Positions 13,675 through 31,430 of a DNA stretch of 64,000 bases are shown piece by piece (the stretch's first letter is position 1; each line of letters begins with the position of its first letter). Under the pieces are notes generated by a model, which was given only the letters and a program-made list of their open reading frames with translations, was not told the origin of the DNA and searched no databases. The translations under genes and the position numbers were made by a program. The stretch lies in assembly GCA_040954595.2 (NCBI GenBank), contig CM082586.2:7161337-7225336 (forward strand). Direction: 5' to 3'. Source of the DNA: Balanoglossus misakiensis. Taxonomy: Eukaryota; Animalia; Hemichordata.

Positions 13675-14124
13675 TACCTCATGCTAATACTGTGCCGTGA
13701 TTCGCCAGAATCCGTCACGTGATAGGAAAATAGAATCGACTATGAACCGCTAGGGCAATAGCAGAAAAAATATAAACCGGTCACGTGACCAGCGTGAGTG
13801 CGCAGACTCGGTCACGTCAATCAGCGTCGCGTCGTCTGACACAATGGCCACCGCGGAAGATGTCGTCTGCCAACCTTAAGAGAAAATTGCAAGATTTTCC
13901 CAGCTGTTAGCATGAGGTAATGGTTTATTATAAAACACCTATAGCCTGGCCTATATTCGGGCCATAGCAGCCGTTTTTACCCCCTCGTGACTGTGAGTTA
14001 CCAGAATCATATGCTATTTCCCTCGGCCTGCGGCCTCGGGAAATATCATATCATTCTGGTAACTCACAGCCTCTCGGGTGTAATAAACGGCCGCTATGGC
14101 CCTCATGGCCAGGCAATAGGTGTT
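13675..14124. mobile_element. Non-autonomous element with short inverted repeats and a long terminal hairpin (Crypton-V-like)
   Basis: tacctcatgctaa (13675-13687) and ttagcatgaggta (13907-13919) enclose a CpG-rich core. A ~190-bp palindrome follows (13934-14124), centred on cctcggcctgcggcctcggg. The superfamily is recalled from similar repeats and is unverified. Confidence 0.7.
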
Positions 14125-14963
14125 CAATATTGACCAAATGACTGGTTGGGAAATGTATTGGTTTTCACAGATACTAGGTATTAATGTCAATATAGGTCTT
14201 AATGTCGAAAAATAACAATAGTTCACAATGAAGTCTGATATTTTGGTGAACTGCCATCTATGTCAATACACTAGACATACATACATACAGAATTGAAGTA
14301 CACGTAAATTCTGCTGTTTAAAATCAATTAGTATCTATCTCATGGACAACAATCAACTCCCCAGTAACTTATTCTACAGGGTTGATTTTTTTTCTATTTT
14401 TAAAAATGTAACTACATGTATCTAGAATAGTATGTATGTAGTGTAGCAATATTTACACCATGTTTCATGTGAATTTGCAACGACAGCAAATGTATACACA
14501 CACACCTGGAGTCAGTTTGAAATTCCAGGACTTTCTCATGGTGTAAGAACAATGGCATATACGGGTAAAATAGATATTCAAATTTGTCCACACACATCAA
14601 ACCTTTTTGAACTTTTTTTTTCAATTTCATCAAATATTAGATATGTCTTCCTATGGCAACAGAATGGGAAAATAGGAAAGTATGGCACAAATTATAAAGT
14701 AATGATCCTTGAAGTAAAATACAAGCTTCTGCAAAAACTTGCTCAAGTCATTTTGGAAATACCAGATTGTTATTTAAGCAAAAGCTAGGGGGCATGTAAA
14801 TTTTGTTCATTTCGCCGGAAAACAAACACTGCCTTGCATTATCTATTATTAATTTAAATATAACACAAAAACCTAATAGCATATTTTGATGGGACTATTT
14901 TAATAGGCAGGATTTCTCATGATGACAACTCTGCAAGACGGTATACATGACACAGTCCCACTT

Positions 14964-17900
14964 TTAACCGAAATCTCTTCCACTGAGGACGATCGGAGCT
15001 ATCAGGGTCCAGATGTACAGGATCAGACAGACCCAGGAGGACGAGATCTTCACCCATACTGCAGGCCAGCTGGCATTGTAGATGTAGACATGGCTGGACC
15101 TGGGACTGTGGGGAGGAAGATAGCATTCAATCAGTACCCTTGCGGTAAAATATACAAATCAGGGTTCTCCCCAAGTTGGTCAGCAGTGGTTGGACCCGGC
15201 CAGCACTCAAGAGAAAAAGCTAGCAAACAAAGGCTGCCAGCAGGGACTATTGTGCACTCAATCTAGTCTAATTTTGCATTTTGATACATTGATGAATGGG
15301 TAAGACTTGCAACAAACATGAATATTAACGATTATGCATATTAATGAGCATGAATATTAATGAGTAGTCATCACTCAAGCTGGGGAGAACCCTGACAAAT
15401 CTACTGACAGACATACATACAGACAGGCATGAAGGATGCTGTCTGATTCCAACGTATGGCAAAAAGGAGCTAAAAGCATCAGAGAACAGAAATTCTGTCA
15501 GCACATGCTGCCAGACACAGTCCATCACAGTTGGGATATAAAATCAGAATTTTCAATTTCCATGAACGTCTACTCACTTGTACCAGCTGGTCAGGGTCAT
15601 CATGATGTAGAGCGATGCCAAGAAAAACATGAAATGGAAGAACGAATAGCTGTATGAGACAGCATCCTCCTCGTCATCATACACCTGCTGGCCGTTAGAC
15701 TCCTCGTCACCACTGGGGGCAGCAGCTTCTGTAGAAGAGATATAAATAGATGTCTCTGTTAGTGATTTAACCAGTACCCTCCCATAGAGGTCCAACTTTG
15801 CCATAGAAAACAATAGGTTCAGACCAAACCATGGTGGTGAAAGGGTTAAACTATCAACTGGACTCCACTAATAAGACTACGATGGTGAAATCATGCTACC
15901 TCCACCTAAGCAGACAAGTACCATATATTGGCTGGACAGAAAACTATGTCCACTGAATGACCCAGAAAATGTGTGAAAAAAAGGAATTTAAAAGTTCTGG
16001 CAACTTACCTTTTGGTTTGTCATCAATCAGTACCTTCTGAACAGAAAAAAGATGGGTTCGTTTGCAACGAAGGAGCGAGAGAGTAAAATAGAGAGAGAAT
16101 GAAGTTAGTTTCTTTGTAATCTACCAGGACATTTCATGATAATTGTGAAACATCGGTCCAATATCATGTTTATGAACTTCAATCAACTTGGGTTAAAATA
16201 TGGATAAAAGACAACTTAAATGGAAAAGTGTAAATGATTGGCAAAAAGTGACCAGATTCGGTCACATCCAGATAGACTACAATCCCTTGAGGGGTGCAAT
16301 GTCCCCGGAAAATTCAGCGAAAAACTTTTTTTTTTCTGGGTGTTGAAGTTAAGTGTTCAGCAGTTTCAGTGACTGAGTACTCTGGCATGCTAGAGCAGTC
16401 AGTTCACCAAGGTGCACTTTTAAATCGGTTAAAAATAACAGAACCCCACACTCAAAACTACACTAAACAGAAAACATGGACAAATGACCAGAATATTTGT
16501 GTGACTAAGAACACAACACACACAGGAAGTGATTTCTTCAGAGGGAAAGGATGATACTGTGCAAATCATAACCCCATCCCTTTCATCAGGAAACTAAAAA
16601 GTCAAGTTTAAAATATTTTCCAAAGTGGGAAATACCATTATATCCCTTCCATTTATGATTTCTCCTATCTGAAAATGCTATGGCTAAAATCACAGGATTC
16701 AAAATCAAAAACGACCCCAAGCCACTGACAATTTTAATCAGGAAGAAGCTCGTTAATTATTTTAAGTATTAATTTCACAAGAAACAAATCACTTTTTTAT
16801 CGCTGTTGAGTACACCCTTACCTCTGAATTAAGCGATGTTAACTGGAGAATTGTAGAATGTACACATACATGTATGCAGAGAGAGAGTGAGTGAGGGTTA
16901 GGGAAGCTGAGCATTATGACACAGTGACATACACAGCTCAGTTTACAATTCTACGTAACAATGCAACAACTGGAATCCATGCTTCAACATTGCACAATGC
17001 AACAAGACAGAAATTTCATGCATCAAACAACATACAAAATATTAACATTTGCTAAGAAAGTAACATTACTCCCAAGTACATGGCAAGAAAATGATACAAA
17101 TTACATTTTTAATATTTTTGTGGCTCCGTATGGCAGATTTGAAGCAAACGACGTGAAACACTCCAAAACTAAATCTTAATGCAGCCTTAATAAGGAGAAA
17201 CTATTTATTTGACAAGCTGAAAATGTTTTTTTTTTATGGTATGTACACAAGCCTCAGAGTACTTTCCCACTCTTTATGTTTGTACAAGACACACAGTTCT
17301 GTTGCCAGGCTGGTAGTTTTAACGCTTCGAGATCATGAAGAATGATTTATTTGTGAGAGTGGCTGATGTACCAAAAAGGGAAATGATTTCATTTACCATT
17401 GTCTGAGAGTTCTGAAACTTAACTGAGCAATACACACACGCCTTGAACAGTATGCATTACTGCAGCAGCGGGGATTAATTTTGCAAACATTACAGATGAA
17501 AAAGCATGATTTGCGTTTTGGCAAAAACTAAAATGATTTGTGGTCAGCACCAATACAAAACGACCAAGCACCTTTACTTTTCACACAAGCACAGGCGTGC
17601 TTAACAGACTAAACATTTCTGTAAAGATCAGCAGATACTAACCTCGTTTGATCCAGTCAGTTTGCTCATGTTGTCAGTGTTGGCTGTGCGGATACTGCAG
17701 AAATAAACAGAAACACACAAAAAATTCAGTGAGATGACATTACCAGAAAAAGGCCAATTTCTAACACAACTTTATTCAAAATTTCCTGACAGTTAGATAC
17801 AAGAACTATAACCAGTGAGACCTCAAACAAACATGATTTTTAAAAGCTTCGAGTCACTTTGACTAATTGAGGATTTCTAAACATTTCTGAGTCAGCCCTA

Positions 17901-20900
17901 TACAGTTGTACGTAGTGTGGATAATTTTCTTGAGTCGCCAGTGAGTTTGCGGAGTCAGTGGCGCATCATATGAGCTTAGAGGGCACATTGTCCAGAACAC
18001 AGAAACAAAAAAATCTTGGGGAAATGACCCACCTTGCATACAGGACACAGAGGATGAAGAGAGCCAGACCAATGATAGACTCGGCATCCATTGATGGAAT
18101 ATTAGCGGTACCAGGAGCCGGAGTGGTCACCCCAGTTGTGTTGCGATGATCGGGACGCAGGATGTCCATGATACTTGGGTTACATTCTGTTGGAAAAGTA
18201 CAATGTAAATCATCTTCAGCAATTTGAAAAATTCAAATGACTTTTAAACCCTAATGCTACTGGATGTCATATCTGTTTAGAGTGTCATGTCCCTTAAAAT
18301 ACGTATTTGCCACTTTTTCTTCTTAAACTTATTTTGACTGTCTTGCCATGGCTCTCATAGGTACTTATACACACTTGGCAGTCGGGGCCCCCTGTAATTG
18401 TACCAAATTGCACTGGTTTGCACTGTGTTTGTCTTGTATAGGCCCTACTGATTAACATGCACTTGGCAGTCTAACAGGCCTGGGAGCCAGGATTCTAGAC
18501 ACCCTGGAAATCAAACTGACTTGGCAGCATTAGGGTTTAATGACTTATCTACACGTGAACGTATTCTTTGATGCAAAAGTTAAAACCTGAAAGATAACAG
18601 ACTGGCTGAGGAAAATGCAGTGTATCCGCTAGGAACAGGGCCAAAATTAACAGCAACAAAAGTCCAGACAACCAGGCAGGATCAAGACAATTGACAAGCA
18701 AGACAAAACAATCTTACCCGTGTCTGGTTCACTGGACATAGCTGACCATGTCAGGTAGACAACATACAGGGTGATGATGGAAGCTTGCAACAGACCAGAT
18801 CGAGGCTGAGCTATTAGAGAGAAAAAAAGGGGGTAACAGAATGAGTCGTTGTGGTGGTATCACCCCTATTTTATTAAACATGAAACGATCCTCTTCGCAG
18901 GGTCACAACAAATTGCCATGATGACAGGGGTGATTACACACCTACAATCAAACCTGCCTATAGTGGGAACTCAAGAGACTTTTCCTAAACTTTACAGGTA
19001 GCCAATTAACACACGCCAGTATACACAACCCTATATGCACAACTCTACCACAGGTTTGACTGTACATCAGACGTCAGGACACGTTTATTGCAACATCAGT
19101 CCATATAATATTTCCAACATCCCCTCCACAAAAAAAGTTGTCTTCAGTCCACAGAGTGAGAGTTACAAAGCTTGACCACCAATCCCTTACCTTCTTGTAT
19201 CTTTGGGTGTATGGACACCACCGATGCAATCACACACAGGATCAAGTTGAAGCTGATGAAAAACTTGTTAATAGCACATCCATGGGGCTAGAACAGAAAT
19301 AAAACAAGTACATGTGAGGTTCTATGACTTAGAGTACATTGAATTACAGTCAAACCTCTCTATTATGGTCACTTGGGGGACTAGAGAAAATCGGCCACTA
19401 TAGAGAGGTGGCCTTTATAAAGGAGGTTGGCGTGTCACCAAATAACAGATACTTACTGTTGTGTAAAAGACATAGAACAGCACAATTCCAGTGATGGCCA
19501 ACAGATAGAAGAGAATAGTGAAGACCAGCAATGCTAAAAAGAAAAAAAAAGAAAGTTGGTATTTTGGTCAGTTTTTGAATATAAAGTCATTTATTATACA
19601 TCTAGTGCCGAGAACAATAGATTTTGGCGTGCAATAAAAAGCCGTACGGAACGGTACGTACGGAACGCGCGTTAAATAAGCCTTAGTTTCAAGGCGCCCC
19701 AAACTCACCGTGTACAGGTATGCGCTGTTATGCGAACGGTTTCAAGGCGCCCGCATTCCAACGCACGTGCGCACACGTAAACAAAAAACAAAGATGGCTG
19801 CTCACTGAGTCAACTGAGCGGTTTTCGATCGATTGTATCGGCATTTTGGGCGTTTTGAAAGCCAAGTAACATGCAACACAAGAACTAACGGAGATGTAAG
19901 ATGTATAATAATAAGGTTATTACGAAAATACCGCAAAGTATGCACTCGGACATTAGCGCAGCGCATCGGCCTCCGCTACGCGTCGGGCGATACTCAGCGC
20001 TAATGTCCTCGTGCATACTTTGCGGTATTTTCGTAATAACCTCATATTACAGACCTGTACACAGCTAAGGTATCCACATTTATTTTCAGGATAAAACTGG
20101 CTATTTGTGCCATCAGAACCATCCCAGTTTTTGTCCATAGAATCTCTGTATTTCACTTACCAACATACCATCCCCTGCTCTCAGATTCTTCCATCTTCTC
20201 AACCCACGACTCGTTCCATGTGTGGGCGAAATCAATCAGCAGCACCAACTGGATGATGATGAAGATGAACGCTCCAATCAAGCCGATGATCATCCATGCT
20301 AAAAAAACGAGGAACGGACATAAAAATTGAAAGCGACAAAATGTGGTTTCCTGTCATCTTCAAAAATAAAAGACACAATCTATAACTTCATTTAGATGTG
20401 TACTGTCAGTGCTTGTACCATCCGTGCACCGCATTATAGGGGCTCGGTGTGTGAAGGGTTAAAGGGACAAAGTCTCTGTCTCACTGCCTTTTTTCCATTA
20501 ATTATGTTTGATACAAGACACCGTTTATGTTATTCTACATGTGGATATATAGTGAATCAATGTTCGACCACACACACCTTCCATCCCGCTTGTAGACAGG
20601 AGAGTGATAAACTCACCCAAAACGAATAAACGGTGTTTACCATTTATTCATTTTGGGTGAGTTTTTACTCTCATTTCCTAAAAACAGGATGGAAGTTGTG
20701 TGTGGATGAACACTCATAGTCATTCACTACATATACACATGTACATCAACATAAACAGTGTCTTGTATCAAACATAATTCATGGAAAAAGGGCAGCGAGA
20801 GAGAAACTTTGTCCCTTTAATACTGACCTTCTTCAAATGCAGCCGAATCTGGTATGAAAAAGGCGGCTACTATGACAGCCACGATGATCAGGAACTTGAA

Positions 20901-23060
20901 TCCCCAGAATCTGAAAAAGTGCAGAAAACAAGCATCTAGTTATCCAATCATTGGTTACAGCTTTGACTGATTATCCTGATTTTGATATACTTTGGTTGCA
21001 CGTAACATGTAAAGATAATTTTCTATTCCAATAATTACCAGATAAATGTCATGATTGATATCTGGACTTCCTTTACTGCAGAGCAACTCCAGTAAGGGAA
21101 GTTGCATGGTAGACGTACAGACCAACCCATGTGGACAGGTAAATAGAACTACAAATATCTTTATGTTTGTTTATAATACGTAATGGTTTTGCTTGTACGG
21201 CTGTCCATGTACCTCACAGGAGATTCGAGCACAAGTGTGTTTGTCTGTCTGTATGAATGACCTCACTGCCAACTGAGAGCAACTCACCCATTCTGAATGG
21301 CTGATCTGGGATCCTTGCTGCTCTTCACGTAGATCATAATCACCATCATCAGGAAGAAAAAGCAGGCGTAGCCGAAACAGACCCTGTAGACTGCCGAGTA
21401 GCCAGACAGCAAATTGCAAGTCGCCTCCGTCACCAGCGTGCCGTCGTGAATCCATTCTGTCTCTTTCGGTGCCGTACAAAAGTACGGAATCTGACAGGGA
21501 GAACAAAGTGCAGGAATTGTTATGTGGATTACAGTGATACATTCTCATTCTTCACACAGGACAAAGGACATGGTACCAGCATTAATTTATCCACTTTGCT
21601 TATTGCGCTTGTCTCCAGACAAATAAAGCGATAAGACACAATGCTTTTTAGCATTTCCCAGGTAAATGTAAAGGTTTCATTTCATTTGTATCATAAATTG
21701 TAGTGCTCAATAATATATTTCGTACACTGGCTATGATATTTTTAATAATAATAATGAAAACAAATGATATTATAAATTGTGTATACATGTATTTCCCATA
21801 AAGACAAATCCTTCTGATGTATACAATTTGAGCAAGCTTCACACCCAGGGAAACAAAAGTTCTCATGAAACCTACACGTTCAATCGTACATGTGTAAAGG
21901 ACAGGCTGTATACTGTAAAACACTTTATTTTCGCGAGCAAAAGATTTTCGCGAAATACGCGAGAGCCAAAATACCGAGAAAATAAAAAGTCGCGTAATTT
22001 TTTTTTAAAGATAACGATGCAGTGAATGAAATAAGAGAATTAATACTCGCAAAATTTCAAATCACGAAAATTAAGTGTTTTACAGTAATTCATTCTGACT
22101 TACCGACATTAACGCATCCCTTACAACCGGCGTTAACATCACACAAGCCGCTACGACGCCAATTAGTAACAGAACTGCATAGCCAACACGAGAGGCGGTC
22201 GAGTGCTTACATGATGGACAACAGCTACAGCACAGACTGCATGCAGCTGATCCAAAACAACAAGCAACCTACAACGGAGAGACAGAATATTTTGTCAATG
22301 GTGTACATTTCCTTTCTTTACTAACTTCAGTCAACAATAACAAAGCACCTGTTGACATGAGTCATTTTATCTTATCATTGAAACACATTTTTTGTAACCT
22401 TTAAAGGCCCTTCTCAACATGCAACAGTGGGTCAAATCTTTTGTTTCCAATGAACAGTTACATGCTAACACAAAGGATTTCTTATTTGCCTTCATTGTTC
22501 TGCCCTTCTCAAAAAGTATGCAATAAAATGTTGGTACTCCGTTAAATAAACGAAAACAAAAGTGTTCACGTTCAATAAAATACAGTACACAATGTACACA
22601 ATTGATGACCTCTAAAATGATAACAGTATTAACACATCAGCCATGAAATGCTTGACCTTCATTCACAGTCTCTCTTTCTTCAGGGACTGCCTTCATGAAC
22701 TCATTGCATTCTTTATTAATTCGGTAGTATTTCTTTAAAACCGAAAGCATTATCATTCTTCGGGAAGATCTTTGTTTCAACTTTGCCAACAAAGATCTCT
22801 GTAAGACGTGAGTCACCACCACGCACAGCTGACTGCTTTGTAATGTATCCGGGTCACATATCATATGATGTTGAGACAACAGTACATAAACACACAATGC
22901 AGGCATTTACTTAGGGCACACCGTTCCAAATGACGAATATTTTTCTTCCCATCTCCACACTATTATCCAACCTGCACAGATATTTGTTTGTAAATAAAAT
23001 AATGGATAATGAAAATACTGAACCTACCTGAGTAGCAAGACAGGCGACTACACCTCCCAT
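14964..23060 (-). CDS. SERINC: Serine incorporator (SERINC/TDE family, SERINC1/3-like), 471 aa
   Basis: Exons 23060-23028, 22268-22104, 21490-21288, 20910-20828, 20298-20161, 19533-19457, 19287-19191, 18810-18718, 18186-18033, 17694-17643, 16036-16009, 15728-15578, 15105-14964. Total 1416 nt, in frame, all GT-AG. Motifs: [92 protein letters not shown]. Confidence 0.96.
15771..15845. mobile_element. Left-truncated copy of ~87-bp piggyBac-type MITE
   Basis: Matches 29393-29479 and ends ggtggtgaaaggg + TTAA. Confidence 0.75.
16822..16842 (-). CDS. Candidate 21-nt frame-preserving alternative microexon of SERINC (LTSLNSE)
   Basis: tctccag|ttaacatcgcttaattcagag|gtaagg. Phase 0-0 inside a phase-0 intron, with no stop codon. 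Confidence 0.6.
18248..18536. mobile_element. TTAA-flanked MITE
   Basis: TIR accctaatgct / agcattagggt, with TTAA at 18244-18247 and 18537-18540. Confidence 0.75.
18943..19064. mobile_element. TA-flanked Tc1/mariner(pogo)-type MITE
   Basis: ta-caatcaaacctg ... caggtttgactg-ta. A related end, tacagtcaaacct, lies at ~19345. Confidence 0.6.
19591..20042. mobile_element. Second element with short inverted repeats and a terminal hairpin (Crypton-V-like)
   Basis: ttattatacatct (19591-19603) and agatgtataataa (19899-19911) enclose a CpG-rich core. A hairpin at 19914-20042 has ~45-bp arms and a loop containing cggcctccgctacgcgtcggg. Confidence 0.7.
20463..20816. mobile_element. 354-bp fully palindromic (foldback) TTAA-target MITE, family 2
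   Basis: agggacaaagt ... actttgtccct, with TTAA at 20459-20462 and 20817-20820. The arms pair over nearly the whole length. Other copies are at 25492-25651 and 33458-33801. Confidence 0.9.
21911..22087. mobile_element. TA-flanked MITE (TIR CTGTAAAACACT), Tc1/mariner-like
   Basis: tactgtaaaacact ... agtgttttacagta. An inverted copy is at 24734-24930. Confidence 0.85.
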
Positions 23061-23244
23061 AGTGCTAGATTTTCTTCACCGAAATAAACCTCTAATGCGA
23101 TTAATTCGCCTGTGTAAAAGACCGAATTGATGTAAAATAATGTCTGTGCTAACAGAATATAAAACTTTCGATGAAATATGACTTGTACGATTATAACTAT
23201 CCGCTAATTCCAGCGATCGCTAAACACTCCACTGCGATCAAAAC

Positions 23245-23300
23245 AAAGTAATGGCGACGTCTAAAATTGACATATGACGTCACAGTTCCGTCTTCTTCCC
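23245..23300 (-). promoter_or_regulatory. Probable SERINC proximal promoter (YY1-like ATGGCG, CRE TGACGTCA 23275-23282, ETS-like cores)
   Basis: Motif cluster in a CpG-enriched stretch ~200 nt upstream of the SERINC ATG. Confidence 0.5.
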
Positions 23301-24016
23301 AGGGTGCCTTACGGTTTAGTAAATGTTCGTTGCTGCTAGGGGGCGCTCTGTGCGAGATGCAATAGACATGAAATGGCAATTGATAGGAAAATTACATGAG
23401 TTTACATCAGGAAAACATGCGACATGACAAACTAACAGCATTAGTTAGTTTTCTCAACAAAGCAATCCAAGACCAAAATTTCTGCATAAAAATGTGTATC
23501 GTTTTATTCTACTTGTGATGTAAACAATTACATTTGACAGTAATGGTGGTGCATTCGAAGTAGCAATCATGCCATTGTCATTATTTCTGCATGTTCACAC
23601 TCATGACACTTGCAGTTTCAATTGTAGGTTGGGAGAGGGTCTCTGGGTCTTACAAGCAAGTCATTTAAGTTCCAAACACCACAGTAGCCCAAGGTCCCAT
23701 GTTAAATCACAAATAGCTGATATTGTTTCAACATGCCTCTACTATAGGGCCCACTCTCTTGCCTGCTGATTCACAATGTTTCAAAACATTCTCAGCCTCA
23801 CATACTTATATTTTCTATTTGAGAGGAGTACTTTTTAAAAAGTAATAAACTCACACTTAAATAGAGGACACAAAAATGTTACATCTTTATTAATACAAAA
23901 AAAAATCCTCCTGCATTTTCTTAAATACATCAAGATCGATTCACCTACATCAAGCATTTCATATTTTTATTTCTTTGAAAAGCTGATGGGCTGTGATTAA
24001 TGACCACATGTGGGTT

Positions 24017-30926
<6,910 letters not shown>

Positions 30927-31100
30927 TGTGCGTTTCTTTCAAGTTTTGGAAATAATTTAAATAATAACTTCGACTGCACCACCGTTTTGTCAAGTCACGC
31001 CGCTTGTAACACTGTCACTGCACAGAACGCGGAAGTGACCTTTATTCGATTGTTGGTTATTTCTTTCCTCGTCTGTGGAGTTCTGTGCAAGTCGAGTTGA
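30927..31100. promoter_or_regulatory. Probable divergent promoter region of PREP and the SLC16 gene
   Basis: The ATGs are only ~500 nt apart, head to head (30926 and 31431). ETS-type CGGAAGTGAC at 31030-31039. Confidence 0.5.
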
Positions 31101-31430
31101 TGTACACGGTGTACATCGCTAGAGCTCTAATAAAGACAGTTTAAATCAAATAAAGGGTGCAGAAAATGAGTTAGAACGATGTATAAGGGGCTGAGAGTCA
31201 CATAAATGGAATGCAAACATCAATCGCCAAGTTTTAGTTTCGTTGATGTCAAACATTGGTGATTCTTTCATTCCGTTCATCACTTTCCAGAGACAAGACC
31301 ACAGGGAGCTCTTCCTCCTTGTTTATAGTGTGTATATGTTTGTTTGTATACAAATGCTTTGTAGGCCTACCAGCACCCTTTCTTTGTACCTACACAACAG
31401 GTTGTGCAGTCCATATTCTTTCATAAGCAG

